This document shows positions 1-13,666 of a stretch of DNA of 64,000 nt, piece by piece. Source of the DNA: Eledone cirrhosa. Lineage: Eukaryota. How positions within the stretch are numbered: position 1 is the stretch's first letter; each line of letters begins with the position of its first letter. Where the stretch lies: assembly GCA_964016885.1 (NCBI GenBank), contig OZ024740.1, positions 313,968,001 to 314,032,000 on the forward strand, in the 5' to 3' direction. The notes under the pieces were generated by a model. The model searched no databases. It worked only from the letters and a program-made list of their open reading frames with translations, and was not told the origin of the DNA. The translations under genes and the position numbers were made by a program.

Positions 1-31
1 ATATATATATATATATGATATATATATATAT

Positions 32-166
32 CTAAGGCGGGTAAAATTCCCGAGATCCATGGACGAGTTCTCTCCAGCGGTCTCTGTCCCTCATTATCGC
101 TGCCATGTCCTGCATCTCCAACAGATCAGTGTCTGTCCTTAGGGCATCAACATACGTTAACCAAGA
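32..166 (-). mobile_element. 5'-truncated 3' end of an RTE-clade non-LTR retrotransposon ORF
   Basis: Minus-strand translation WLTYVDALRTDTDLLEMQDMAAIMRDRDRWRELVHGSREFYPP* has the Y-x-D...M-x-DR-x-x-WR-x-x-V C-terminal signature of RTE LINE proteins; the stop at 34-32 runs directly into (TA)n. Confidence 0.65.
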
Positions 167-275
167 AACTCTCTCTCTCTCTATATATATATATATATGT
201 GTGTGTGTGTATACACATGCATTACATGTGTATGTTATATATTTTATATATCTTACGTTACAGCCATATCTATTG

Positions 276-279
<4 letters not shown>

Positions 280-364
<85 letters not shown>

Positions 365-380
365 CACATACACACACACA
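280..380. repeat. (CT)n then (CA)n microsatellite
   Basis: Direct reading. Confidence 0.95.
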
Positions 381-502
381 CGTGTGTGTGTATGTATTCT
401 CATCGTCATCATTATCGTTTAACGTCCACTTTCCATGTTTGCATATATATATATATAAATATAATATATATATCATGTATATATGTGCACTCATATAAAG
501 TG

Positions 503-805
503 AAGGCGCCCTACGTAGTAGATAAGGTGTTTGGCAAAGGATCGTAAAGACATGAGTTCCATTCATGGAGGCACTTTGGAGTCTTTCAAAAAGACACTTT
601 ATTTCGCGTTGCTCCACTGCTCAGCTGGAAAATATTAGTTGTATCTGTAGTTCAAAGGGTCGGCCTTGTCACACACTGTGAATTACATTATCGATACACG
701 TGTCCTTGGAATGCTCAGCCACTGTTATGTTAATTTTATAAAGAGACATTTCCGTTTTTCAAACAACTGGATCGCTCATCGTCGGAAACGACGGAGATCC
801 AACAT
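503..805 (+). mobile_element. Diverged CORE-type tRNA SINE (tail type 1)
   Basis: aagacactttatttcgcgttgctcca...ctcagctg core; the 3' part (ctgtagttcaaagggt...gccttgtcaca...cgtcggaaacgacgg) matches the copy at 43232-43498. Confidence 0.6.
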
Positions 806-949
806 CAACGTAGAGAGATAAAGAGAGGTAGAGAGATAGAGAGATATGTGTACAGGTTTAGCTATGATTAACGCATTATAAAGAAATGTAGATTAATAAG
901 TATCCATAGTGTTACTAAACTTTATTCAAAAAATAATATATTAGCAGTC

Positions 950-1110
950 CACTGGCAGTAATCGGTGGAGCATCGAACAACATGCTTTTCGGCATATAGT
1001 TACGACCCTTTATATTCGCAGGTCAAATCCCACCGAGGTTTACCCTGCTTTTTATCTTTACGGGGTTAGTGAAAACAAAGTACCAGTGATGCACTGGTGC
1101 GACTTAATCG
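950..1110 (+). mobile_element. Diverged tRNA-head SINE (main family)
   Basis: tggcagtaatcggt A-box, tcaaatcccaccgaggtt B-box region, then ...tacgggg...aaagtaccagt. Confidence 0.65.
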
Positions 1111-1248
1111 GCTTCTCCTTCGCTTTATTGTTTGTTTTGTAATTAGTGAACTAAGTATGGTCGTCCTTCTATATATGCGTGAGTTCTTCAATTTTCTATC
1201 TCTTCATGTTGTATCATTCCTCTATCTCTCTCTCTCTCTCTCCCTCTC

Positions 1249-1333
<85 letters not shown>

Positions 1334-1711
1334 CTCACTGCCATTCAGTCAAGTTGACACCTGCCAAATGTTATGCTATAACTTTACAGCTTTTGTCAAA
1401 TACTACATGTCCTTAGAACGAGGGTTTAAAGACTTAAAAGACTCAGAGAATGTTAAAATCAAACAATACAAAAGGTTTTAAAACCCAGAGAATGTCAAAC
1501 TCTGGGTCATGGTACCTGCCTAAAACATTTGGGTCGTTCTAAAATGTCCTTGAAATAAGGTATGCTATCTACTGCTACCTGCCTTTCTCTCATCCTCATG
1601 CTTTGTTTGTTTTTTCCGTGCCATTGCTTCAAACTGAGAGTAATCTCGGCAATGTATATACATTACACTATGTACGTGGTCTTGTGCCTAACGTAGAAAC
1701 TATTGTGTACG

Positions 1712-1716
<5 letters not shown>

Positions 1717-1753
<37 letters not shown>

Positions 1754-1774
1754 ATTATATATATATATTATATA

Positions 1775-1817
<43 letters not shown>

Positions 1818-1818
1818 A

Positions 1819-1908
<90 letters not shown>
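1717..1908. repeat. (TA)n microsatellite with TTA interruptions
   Basis: Direct reading. Confidence 0.95.
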
Positions 1909-1913
<5 letters not shown>

Positions 1914-2100
1914 TATTTCGGGTTCAATCGGGGGTAACAACAGTAAGTAAGGTACTCAATACATAGCAGAGTATAAATGTTTTTAATATAGAAAAGCTTC
2001 TACAGGACTAGAACTGTTTCATTCGTGAGAAATCATCAGGAAGCTCCTGATGATTTCTCCCGAATGAAACAGTTCTAGTTCTGTAAAAGCTTTTCTATAT
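1909..2100 (-). mobile_element. Fold-back hammerhead-core element, family A
   Basis: 55-bp inverted arms 1986-2040/2046-2100 around aagct; CTGATGA (2047) ... GAAAC (2066) present on both strands; unpaired tail 1985-1909 with TACTC..GAGTAC hairpin ending in (TA)n. Confidence 0.75.
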
Positions 2101-2329
2101 ATGCATATGTATATATAGGCATGCATGTAGTAGTAGTAGTTAGTTAGTTAGATAGTTAGTTGTAGTAGTAGTAGTGGGGGAGGGGGCTCTTTAGGCATGA
2201 CTGGCCATTGGTTTCCACCTGCAATGTTCCTCTCCAAGACTCTACTTGACCAGGTGAAAGATCAAGGGTGTCCCATTCGTGCTAGTCCCCCCCCCCCCCC
2301 CCACGCAATTGATATTGTCCGAGGAAAAA

Positions 2330-2495
2330 TCAAAAGCCAACTTTTGTGTCATCGCAAACCTTTATTTCCAATTGGGTGAACTGGAGCAACATGAAATAAG
2401 TAGATTGCTCAAAAACATAATGTGCTGCCCTGTCCGGTAGGGAAATTCGAAGTCATGACCTTACGATTGTGAGCCCAACACCCTAAAAACCACTG
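2330..2495 (-). mobile_element. Diverged CORE-type tRNA SINE
   Basis: Reverse complement gives gtggtttttagggtgttgggctcacaatcgtaaggtcatgacttcgaattt...ttgagcaa...ttatttcatgttgctccagttcaccca. Confidence 0.6.
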
Positions 2496-2498
2496 TAC

Positions 2499-2539
<41 letters not shown>

Positions 2540-2576
2540 AAGAGAGAGGGAAAAGGGTAGATAGATAGATAGATGG

Positions 2577-2607
<31 letters not shown>

Positions 2608-3504
2608 CAGAGAGAGAGGGAGCGAGAGTGGGGGGGGGGGCAAGTTGAACACTGCAGGTGGAAAATGGACAAGAATGAGCTAATGATTAAGCCTCTACAT
2701 GGACCGCGAAGTGCTAAAGGTATCAACAAATCCTTCTTCAAATCACCCTGGGAAAAGGACCCTGGATAATGTACGCCAGTGTTCCCTGCGCAAGAGGAAA
2801 CAGATCTGGACTAGTACTGTATTTATTGACCCCGATAGAATGAAAGGCAATGTTGTCGACGACAAGATTTGATCTCAGAGCAAAGAGAAGTGGAATGAAT
2901 AATTGTTTCTACTTTAGGCACAAGGCCAGCAATTACCCAGTGCATTACCGGTACTCATGCCAAGCCTTCGGACACCGAATTTCTCGTCAACTGGAACGAT
3001 AGTTAGATATGTAACTGTGTGACGTCAATAAAATAAGTAAATACCAGAACGAGCTGGTTGAATTGGTAAACAAATACAGAAAAATGTTTTGTTTAGATTT
3101 TTCCCCAATATTTTTCAGCGATGGAACTCTGAACCATGCACCTTAATCCCTAGCAAACATAACTTTTCATATAGCACCTTTAGTAATAGATTTTTCTTGC
3201 ACTTATATTTTAATCCTGTTAAGTATTTTTTAACAGTTCGTGATTCTATGAGACAAAACCTATCATTTTAAATTAGCTTCCATCATAATTTTATACAGAA
3301 AACTTTGTTGAGTTATGTTCCAAACACCAAATTAATAATGCAAGAATTATTTATTTTATTTAATCCCTGCAAATTATTGATTATTTTAAAGAATAATTTG
3401 AAATGCACAAGAAGTTTGGGTCTCTGCTGTGTATCTAAAAGTTGAATGAACCCACATGGGGTAGCCAGGCCAGGTGCAATACACAGTTTGACGAGAGTAT
3501 TTGT

Positions 3505-3620
3505 AATAATTGTTTCTACTTTTCGCATAAGGTCAGCAATTATCCCAGTGTATTACTGGTGTTTTATTTTATCCACCCCGTAAGGATGAAAGGCAAAGTT
3601 AACCTCGACGGGATTTGAAT
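3505..3620 (-). mobile_element. 5'-truncated main-family SINE
   Basis: ttgtttctacttttcgcataaggtcagcaattatcccagtg...aaggatgaaaggcaaagttaacctcgacgggatttgaa matches other copies. Confidence 0.8.
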
Positions 3621-4372
3621 AATGATTACAAACATTTGTCTCTATGAATTACTTCACCTCGAAGAATCCTCTCCTTCGTCGGTCGACCAACTAGCAGCCA
3701 AATCTCAACTTAACAGCCTTAATAAAAGAAGATACATTTAACAAGGTAGTTCTTGATAGAAAAATATGATCGTTATAGTTGAAATGATTTTCATCAACAG
3801 TTTGTCCCCCACCCCTAAAGAACCACCTGGGGCTAAACAATATTATCGTTCAGCAAAGTAGAAAGAGCCGCCAAAACTCCCTCAAATCCTACTCTTAATG
3901 ACTTGGAAAAATATGGATAAATTAAACCCAGAAACACGTGTAAAATAGAAATGAGGTGATGGTCATGGTTAAGATCATTTTGACTGTACATCTGTCAGAT
4001 CAGAGCAGATATAGGGCTAGAAATGAAAAGTAACAACTCCGCCGACCCCATATCTATGTCTGTATGAATAGGTTTCACTCAGTCCTTCTCTTTTACTCTC
4101 TATCTATTCTCCCTCTCTCTCAACTCTCCTATTCCTCTCTCTCTCTCCTCTCACTTCCGTCACTTCCTTCCCCTCTCTCTCTCTCTCTTCTCCCTTTCTC
4201 TCATCTCTCCTTTCAGTGACTTTCCTTTCCCCATCTCTCATTTCTTCCTGTCTCACTTCTCCTCTCCTCTACCCCGCTCATTTCTCTTCTCTGTCCTCCT
4301 CCAGTCCCTTCTCTTCCTCGCTCTCTTCTCTGCCTCTATCGCCCCCTTATCTCGCTCCTCTCCCCTCTTACA

Positions 4373-4444
<72 letters not shown>

Positions 4445-4874
4445 CTGTCCCCTTCTTTCACATACTTTTATCCTCATTATTTATATACCCCTGTCTGTTT
4501 CACTCTCTGCTATGTAAGAAATTGTAAATATGTCTCTATCAAGATGTTTACACTCATTACTTCAAAACCGATTAAAATCTAATCGAGGTCTGTTTCTAAA
4601 ACAACCGTTAGCTGCCTTATAGACACCGTGTGTGTGTGTGTATATTGTTTCTACTTTTGGCACAAGTCCAGCAATTATCCCAGTGTATTACTGGTACTTT
4701 ATTTTATCGGCGGGATTTGAACTCATGTATATATATATATATATATACACACACACATAATATTGTCAGTGTTGCTATATATGGATGTATACACACATAT
4801 ATATATTTAGATATATATAGATATATATATATATATGTAGGAGGTGAGTTTTATTGTGAGTTTTATTTTGTTCT

Positions 4875-4978
<104 letters not shown>

Positions 4979-4979
4979 T

Positions 4980-5015
<36 letters not shown>

Positions 5016-5017
5016 AT

Positions 5018-5051
<34 letters not shown>

Positions 5052-5053
5052 AT

Positions 5054-5095
<42 letters not shown>

Positions 5096-5412
5096 ATATA
5101 TAATCACAGTGTTGCTACATATATAGATATATATGTGCATATATATACGTTTCCACTATCACGTCGGCGTGATTATTCATGTGTGTATATTTATACTCTA
5201 TGTGACCCGGCATAACTAAATGCATGTATAGCTCTACATTTATGTGTGTAGGTTAGCAGAGGCATGCATGTATGTATATTTAGCAGAGGCATGCGTATGT
5301 GTATATGTATGCATGCTCATAATAGTTAGACCATTCATGTGTATATTTAACACGTATTGTGTTCGAGTAGTTATACATGATATATGTAGGTTTATACATC
5401 TTGTTATTGTTC

Positions 5413-5447
<35 letters not shown>

Positions 5448-5448
<1 letters not shown>

Positions 5449-5648
5449 CGAAGGAATTGTGGTAAGGAACCAGAAGGACCATAACGCACCAAAGTACTCA
5501 ATACTTGGGATAGTAGAGTGAGTAATAGGAACAAGTATGACCCCGACGGCAGAGCTCAAGCCGTTTCGACGGCTATTTCTGGATTCGACTTGAGTCCAGA
5601 AATAGCCGTCGAAACGGCTTGAGCTCTGCCGTCGGGGTCATACTTGTT

Positions 5649-5653
<5 letters not shown>
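5448..5653 (-). mobile_element. Fold-back (TA)n-inserted element, family B copy 1
   Basis: Perfect 59-bp inverted arms 5525-5583/5595-5653; tail 5524-5448 shared with the copies at 6262, 9439 and 40213; (TA)n on both sides. Confidence 0.85.
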
Positions 5654-5698
<45 letters not shown>

Positions 5699-5742
5699 AA
5701 CAAGTATGACCCCGACGGCAGAGCTCAATACATATGATGGTC

Positions 5743-5788
<46 letters not shown>

Positions 5789-6091
5789 ATATGTATGGAC
5801 CATCATATGTATGCTCAAATATATATATATACCATGAAGTTAGTGTATATGCTATCACATCCTGTCATGGCTATATGAGATAAGGTGCCCATACAACATA
5901 TGAATTCACCATGGTGGCAGCGTGACTATACATGCATGTACATGTTCGTAGTTATGCACAATCCTATCAGCGTGACAAGAACACGTGCGTATGTGTATGT
6001 ATATATATATATATATGTGTATATATATATGTATATATGTGTATGTATATATATATATATATGTGTATATATATATGTATATATATATATG

Positions 6092-6122
<31 letters not shown>

Positions 6123-6129
6123 GTATATA

Positions 6130-6172
<43 letters not shown>

Positions 6173-6182
6173 GTATATGTAT

Positions 6183-6240
<58 letters not shown>

Positions 6241-6261
6241 ATGTATATATATGTATATATA

Positions 6262-6450
6262 TAGGAAAAAGTATGACCCCGACGGCAGAGCTCAAGCCGA
6301 TTCGACGGCTATTTTTGAGTCCAGAAATAGCCGTCGAATCGGCTTGAGCTCTGCCGTCAGGGTCATACTTTTTCTCCCACTCTACTACCCTAAGTATTGA
6401 GTACTCTGGTGCGTTATGGTCCATCTGGTTCCTTACCACAATCCCTTTGT
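6262..6450 (+). mobile_element. Fold-back element, family B copy 2
   Basis: taggaaaaagtatgaccccgacggcagagctcaagccgattcgac...gtcgaatcggcttgagctctgccgtc, then tail cactctactaccctaagtattgagtac...ctttgt(TA)n. Confidence 0.85.
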
Positions 6451-6512
6451 TATATATATATATATATATATGGGAGTACATATATATATATATATGTGTG
6501 TCTGTGTGTATA

Positions 6513-6579
<67 letters not shown>

Positions 6580-7076
6580 ATATACATATATACGTGTGTG
6601 TGCGTGTGTGTGTGTGTGTGTGGACTTCTGTGTGAATAGGCATATGTATAAAATAATATGGCTGCAGGTATGGGCGAATGGTTAAGAAGTTGTGTTGTGT
6701 TTGTAATGATAAAGCCTTGAGTTCTGTCCCACGGCGTCGTATCTAGAACATGTGTCGTTTATCATAGTGTGTCGGGCCAACCCAAGTCTTGTGAATGAAA
6801 CTGTGTAGACGGAAACTGAATGGAGGAAGGTTGTCGTCAGATGAACTCCACGTGTAATTGTAAAGGTCAGCTGTGTCATACGCTGCATCGCACTAATTCC
6901 ACTTCAGAATGACATTAAGGGTGCACGTGTCTGTATAGAATACATTCATTTACTCGCTACTTTAATGACTAGGTAGTTAGCGGAGTAGATGTAGCAGCTG
7001 CAGTATTTACCGTCGACACTAACAAACATCTATTTACTTTGCTTTCTGCACCATCATGTTAATGTTGCTAGATGTA

Positions 7077-7362
7077 GAGGCGCATGGCCTAGTGGTAAGG
7101 GAGGTAGAATTACGATATATAACGTCGTGGGTTCGATTCCTAGACTATGTTGTGTTTTGCGTTATTGAGGCAAACATTTCATTTCTCATTACTCCAGTAC
7201 ACTCGGCTGAAATTGAGTACCAGTAATAGCCAGGGGTTTAACCTTGCATTGGACTGGCCTCCTATCCAGGGGTAAAGTGTTCTACTCTCAGTCACTTCAC
7301 GCCACGGAAACCGGGGTAAACACCGGCCTGTTGATCCTCAAGGCTCGTGACATACTTTATAC
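7077..7362 (+). mobile_element. Full-length composite SINE: tRNA head, CORE-like middle, distinct 3' tail (tail type 2)
   Basis: A-box tggcctagtgg, B-box ggttcgattcc, then aaattgagtacc, ccttgcattggactggcctcctatccagggg and cacggaaaccggg; paralog at 49857-50120. Confidence 0.7.
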
Positions 7363-7394
7363 TTATTTCTAATATTTCTATACATAGAAAGCAT

Positions 7395-7560
7395 GGTTGA
7401 TTGGCTTAATTGATAGAACATCGGATAAAATACAATTGCGGTGTTTGCCTTCACACTTTTAATTCTCAGTTCAAATCCCCACGAAGTCAACTTTCCTTTT
7501 CATCCTTCAATAGTCGATAAAATAAAATACCAGTCAAGTACTGAGTTTGATTTATGCAAT
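7395..7560 (+). mobile_element. Diverged main-family SINE
   Basis: ctcagttcaaatcccacgaagtcaactttccttttcatccttcaatagtcgataaaataaaataccag. Confidence 0.7.
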
Positions 7561-7568
7561 GTTACCCT

Positions 7569-7678
7569 TCCTCTTCTTCGCCCACTTATTCCTGAAAGAG
7601 ACGTGAGGGCAGAGTCTTCAAACACTCCTTCAAGCGGGTCTTTTAAGTTGGTCTGGCTGGATCCCCAAGCGAGACCCG
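7569..7678 (-). mobile_element. Short 3'-terminal fragment of the RTE LINE seen at 33400 and 37175
   Basis: Reverse complement tctcgcttggggatccagcc...gaaggagtgtttgaagactctgccctcac...gaagaagagg aligns by eye with 37300-37420 and 33775-33883. Confidence 0.7.
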
Positions 7679-7999
7679 CTAAGCTCAATTTTACCCATCC
7701 TTCTAATTTCCTGACCTTGTGTCTACACTAGAAATCAATATAGCTATCTATATCTGTATACACCATTGGGATTTGAAATGTTGTTTCACTGTACACACTG
7801 TGCAACAGATTGAATCTTCACGCAGATTACAAAGCTACATTCTTATGTTGTTTATGTCGGAAATCTGTCGTGCTTACTGTCATAATAACATAATATTTGT
7901 GTCACTTGAGATAAGAATTGAATAATTGTTAAAAGAGAGATAACATCTAACCGCATAAATTGAATATGTACACGTATACGTACACACAAATATATATAT

Positions 8000-8044
<45 letters not shown>

Positions 8045-8049
8045 TATAT

Positions 8050-8109
8050 CCAGAGTCCAGAATTAGCCGTCGAAACGGCTTGAGCTCAGTCGTCGGGGTC
8101 TTACTGGTT

Positions 8110-8113
<4 letters not shown>
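8050..8113. mobile_element. Single arm of a family B element inside (TA)n
   Basis: gagtccagaattagccgtcgaaacggcttgagctcagtcgtcggggtcttactggttcctat. Confidence 0.8.
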
Positions 8114-8161
<48 letters not shown>

Positions 8162-8164
<3 letters not shown>

Positions 8165-9152
8165 GTACATATATAAAATTAAGTGTCTGTGTATTACCTA
8201 TAGGGGCCTACATCTTACGACCGATTTTCATGAAACTTTACAGGCTCATAGATTAGTCTTCGGGGAGTGTTTTCTATATATCAGCGTATCGTTTTTTTAT
8301 TCCGGCGTCATTCTGCAGATAAAAATCGATAGGGGGGTTCACCTTTTTTTAGGTATCGAAAAATAAGATGTTTGGGTCTAGCTCCCACATTTTGCCACCG
8401 ATTTCGTTCAGATTTTAAAGCAAAATAGAATTTATCATTGCACATCCTGTAACGGCTTTATATTTTGCATTTGTTGTTCAGGGACGGCGTGGCAGCCGCT
8501 TAAATATTCAAAAATACCACTTTTAGACTCAAATTTCCACTTTTTCGGCTCTAGCTCCCACATTAATCAACCTACTTTGTTCAAATTTTACACTACGCTA
8601 GATTTGATTATTTCAAGTTTTAAAGTGGCTTTACATTTTGGATTTTTTGTTTAGGAACGGCGTGGCAGCCGCTTAAATATTCGAAAATACCACCTTTTCG
8701 CTCAAATTTCCGCCTTTTCGGCTCTAGCTCCCATATTTTTCAACCGATTTCGTTCAAATTCGAAACTTCGGCTCCACCTCACACATAAATCAATTTATTT
8801 GGTTCAACTTTTATACTACGATAGAACCTATCATTGCACATCTTATAGATGGTCAAAGGCAAAACGATGGCCACTGACGTCGTCTGAGCTTTTAGTTGTG
8901 TATTTGAGAATTCATCGGTTTCCAATCAAGTAGGGTGAGGAAATTTGGCTTAGTGTTAGAGGTCATTACCTCCCTCCTCCCAGCATGCTCCTTCGTCAGT
9001 CACCCGCGGTTCTCAGTGATAGAGGTCATCACCACCCTCACCCTATGTGTGGCCATAGATGAGTCATCGAGAAGCAGTCGCTAAAATCAACACCTTTTCA
9101 TCAAAGCAGATATTATTTTACCTACCCAGGCAACGCTGAGTACCGCTGCTAG
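8162..9152 (+). mobile_element. Non-autonomous Helitron
   Basis: Starts A|TC-tgtacatatataaaa; ends with the imperfect hairpin cccaggcaacgctgag, then CTAG|T at 9149-9153; inserted between A and T with no TSD; internal ~172-bp diverged tandem units (tctagctcccaca at ~8377, 8551, 8723). Confidence 0.8.
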
Positions 9153-9380
9153 TATATATATGTATATGTGTGTGTGTGTGTAATATGTGTGTGTGTGTGT
9201 AATATGTGTGTGTGTTTGTGTAATATGTGTGTGTGTATAATTTGTATGTGTGTGTAATACGTGTGTGAATCAATGTCATTGTCACGTAACTTTGCTGTTT
9301 TACAAAATATCATGCACTAAATTCGTCAAAGGTGTTGTCCAAGAAGGGTTATGTTTTAATGACTGAAAAGAAATTGTAAA

Positions 9381-9949
<569 letters not shown>

Positions 9950-10941
9950 GACACACACACACAAACTCTTTCTCTCTCTATATATATATATATGTGTGTG
10001 TGTATTTAGGAATGTATGTATGTATACATACGCACACACACAGATGTATATATATATAAATGTGTGTATGTTTAAACAGAAACATTCATGTGAGATTGTT
10101 TACAGCCGGCAGAGAACTTAATGAACCACTTGCACGCGTTTGCTTAAACTTTGTTCACAGCGATAACAACACATATCTCTGAGGTTGTTACAGATATTGT
10201 GGACACTAGAAAACTGAAACCCTAATTAGAAATAATGTAGAAAAATGATATAAATTTGATTTAAATTTTAAATGAATTTCAAAGTGATAAGACTGGAACG
10301 TTTTGCTCTGATAGTTTCTGTTACTCAGAAGAAGGGATTTTTAAGTCCCGAAATATTAGGATGAAAAAAAAAAAAGAAAAGAAAAGAAAATAATAATAAA
10401 TACCAGGTAACAGAAACTTTTTCATTGCCTTTATTTAAAGTAAATTTTACCGTCTATTTTACATTTTCTAAGCCTTCTTAAAACATATCATGTTTCTATA
10501 CTATACACAAGGCTTCAAGCCAGCTACAACCTTCTATTATCTCTAATAAGAAAGTTGCATATCAAATCTTAGATGGAAGCAGAGAAGTGGACCTAAAAAA
10601 TTCGTTCTTCCACGTGTTTCCGGCTTTGCAACTTCTGTGTCAAGAGCACAACAATCTTCTTAGGGTTAGTGACCTACACGATAAACGCACCCAGTACATC
10701 CTGTCAAGTAGTTGGTGACAGAAAGGGCATCCAACCATAGAAAGGGTCACAAGAACTCTCCAAGTGTGTCAAAGACATGACAGTCTCCCTAGTATGCAGG
10801 AATGTCTTTAAGCGAGATGCGGAGCTTCGGTCCGTCTGAGAGGTCTGCTGCTCCGATTAAATGCTGGCATGGTCTCTTACGACCCGTCCAACCATTAGTA
10901 CAGGGAAAGTGGCATTAAATCACAATAATAATAACGATATA

Positions 10942-10983
<42 letters not shown>

Positions 10984-11419
10984 TTATTCTTCATTATATA
11001 AGTGATATATCAGTGATGATTGATTATTCACACGTTTCTCTGCTAATCTGCGTTTCTATAGGAATGGAATCTACTTGAAATCCTCTTAGCCAGCATATGT
11101 CGGTTTATAGTTGACACAAAGTAATTATTATTCATTAAGGATAAAGATAGTGAGTTTGACATGTCACATCTATTATTGGCCTATAACGATATGCCGCTAA
11201 GAATACTTAACCAACCTTTCTTATCACTGCCCATTTAATGCCTGAGAGTCACGAAAACCTTCAGATCTCTAGCTATTTTTATATGTTATATGAACCTTAT
11301 TTTATTATCATCATTATTATTTTGTAATCATCTATTTAAATTGTGACACTTATTTCATTAAAGTGCTAATGACGATTTTGTGTACTATAAAGAAACAACA
11401 ATAGTTATTATTGTTAAAT

Positions 11420-11765
11420 GGGCGGTGAATTTGACAGAATCGCTAGAGCGGTGGAGAAAATGCCTTGTAGTTTTTATTCCATTTCCTTTTACGTTCTAAG
11501 TTAAAATCCCGTTGGGGGTCAACTATGTCTTTCATTCTACGGAAATTGATCAAATTAAGCACGAGTCAAGTACCGGGTTAGTTTAAATCTATTAATGGCC
11601 TTCTTAAAATTTGTGATTTTCTGGCCACGTTGGGAAAATATAACGGTTTTCGACTCCAGTGCGTTACTGGTATTTTATTTTATCGACCCCGTAACAATGA
11701 AAGGCAAAAGTAGCCTCGGTGGGATTTGAACTCAGAACGTAAAGGGCCGTAACTCTATACTACTA
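11420..11765. mobile_element. Two main-family SINE copies (diverged + copy, then a - copy)
   Basis: ggcggtgaatttgacagaatcg...gttaaaatccc (+); ccagtgcgttactgg...gggatttgaactcagaacgtaaagggccgtaac (-). Confidence 0.7.
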
Positions 11766-12084
11766 GTCAGGGTCACTTTTGCTTTTTGTCTCGTTGTCCA
11801 TAAAACATAGTACCAGCCGAGTACTGGTGTTAAACCAAATGACTACTCCCTCTCGATAAATGCATGACATTGGCTGCCAACCTCTACAAACCCAAACGAG
11901 GAGTACCATGAAAAAAGTGCCCAAAACCTGTAGAAATGAGGCAAAATGGAGAGATTTTACATAATGAAAGATATACTCATTTTCACAAGAGAAGACATCC
12001 CCCACTCACCTCAAAGTGGATGAGAGATCTCCCCGTCGGATGGGGAGAGTTGACAGGTCTGGTATAAGAAATCATAGCTATATA

Positions 12085-12297
12085 ATAATTTCTTATTTTG
12101 GCACAAAGCCAGCAATTTGAAGGGAAAGTCAATTAAATCGACTCCAGTGCATTACTGGTGCTTTATTTATCGACCCCGTAAGGATGAAAGGTAAAGCTAA
12201 CCTCGGCGGGATTTGAACTCAGATTGTAAAGGGCCGTAACTCTATACTGCAAAGCATGTTGTCCAGAACTGTACCGATTCTGCCAATCCACCGCCCT
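12085..12297 (-). mobile_element. Full-length main-family tRNA SINE (long form) with ~15-bp TSD
   Basis: On the minus strand: GGCGGTGGATTGGCAGAATCGGT (A box), GAGTTCAAATCCC (B box), central ctttcatccttacggggtcgataaa; TSD aatcat(a/t)gctatata at 12070 and 12299. Confidence 0.85.
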
Positions 12298-13131
12298 TAA
12301 TCATTGCTATATAGTGCTACGAATTGGAAAATTCATCCAATCATCCAGACCGTTATTTTAATGTGGTGGACATATAAAAGAAATTCACTTTGCATTTATG
12401 AGATCATGTTCAATCCCGCTGTGTAGCCACTTGTTCAAGTGCTTTTGCCATAGTCTTCGACTGGCACAAGCTTTTTTTGTTGTGAAATTGGAACGACAGA
12501 TGGAGTGTACCTGTAATTCAAATGTTACACATTGTTGTCATACTGATTTGGCCTGGGAATTACGTTAAGGGAATACATGACTGGAATATTCAACCCCTTA
12601 CACGTTAAATCAACGAGTGGGTAATTTAGTTTATCAAACAACTAAATGTTTCTCGTCGGAACAAACGGAAGATCAAGCTATTCTATAATAACGTGTGGGT
12701 TACGTTACGTTGGTCAGCTGAAAACTTCATATGCTGATAAAGATAGTCTCATCGAATGACCAAATGAGGTATATTTTTCAAAATAATCCCTGGAAAAAAG
12801 CCACTGTAGTTATTAATAAAGAGTTGAATTTAATGCATGCAGGATTTCACAGCTGTGGTATCACTCCTTCATAGTTAGTCTATGAACAAATTCGACAATC
12901 GTATCGAACTAGTTGTTTAAACTAGAATTATACAACAAATATACGCAATTGAAACTAAATGAACCATGCCGACTGGAATAGAACTGTTTGTAATAAAACA
13001 TTTCGTGTCTGTCAGAATTCTAAGCACGAATTGACCTTTCAATAAAAGATTAACAAATAATAAAATAAATCTATACTTGTCTTTCTTAAAATGTATATAT
13101 ACAAATAATAACCAAGGTTATACTCTACATA

Positions 13132-13484
13132 CTATCAGGTCTCGAATAATGCCCCCCACCCTCAGTTTTTCGGATTTTTTTTCTACTCCTGCTTATTAAA
13201 TGTGGTGGTCTCTCCAACGAAAGTTTATTTTAAGTGATATCATTCCTGCGACAATTAATTTTCTTTAAACATTAAAAAACATTATACATGACAAAAAAAG
13301 TACATTACTAGAAATCCCATACATTATAAAATAAATAGGATGGGTTGGGGTCTCAGTATATAAACTAAACGACTTATTGTGGGTTTTGTTAAAGAATTAA
13401 AGAATCACTGAAAACAACCTAGAAAAATTACCCCTCCTCCCCCATCCCGGTTATTCCCAATCCCTATTATTTGGGACCCGAGAG
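13132..13484. mobile_element. MITE with ~19-bp imperfect TIRs (Tc1/mariner-pogo type)
   Basis: TA|ctatcaggtctcgaataat ... attatttgggacccgagag|CA. Confidence 0.6.
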
Positions 13485-13530
13485 CAGTCCTCGTTCATTT
13501 AGTATATACTAGTAGCAATTAAAACGGTTT

Positions 13531-13566
13531 TACTACTACTACTACTACTACTACTGCTGCTACTAT

Positions 13567-13609
<43 letters not shown>

Positions 13610-13623
13610 GCTGCTGCTACTAT

Positions 13624-13666
<43 letters not shown>

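Noticed and set aside
5525-5653. Fold-back elements as DNA-transposon MITEs, terminators or miRNA hairpins
   Set aside because: They are asymmetric (one-sided tail), have variable centres and copy-specific arm symmetry, and related families carry hammerhead cores; a MITE origin is disfavoured but not formally excluded.
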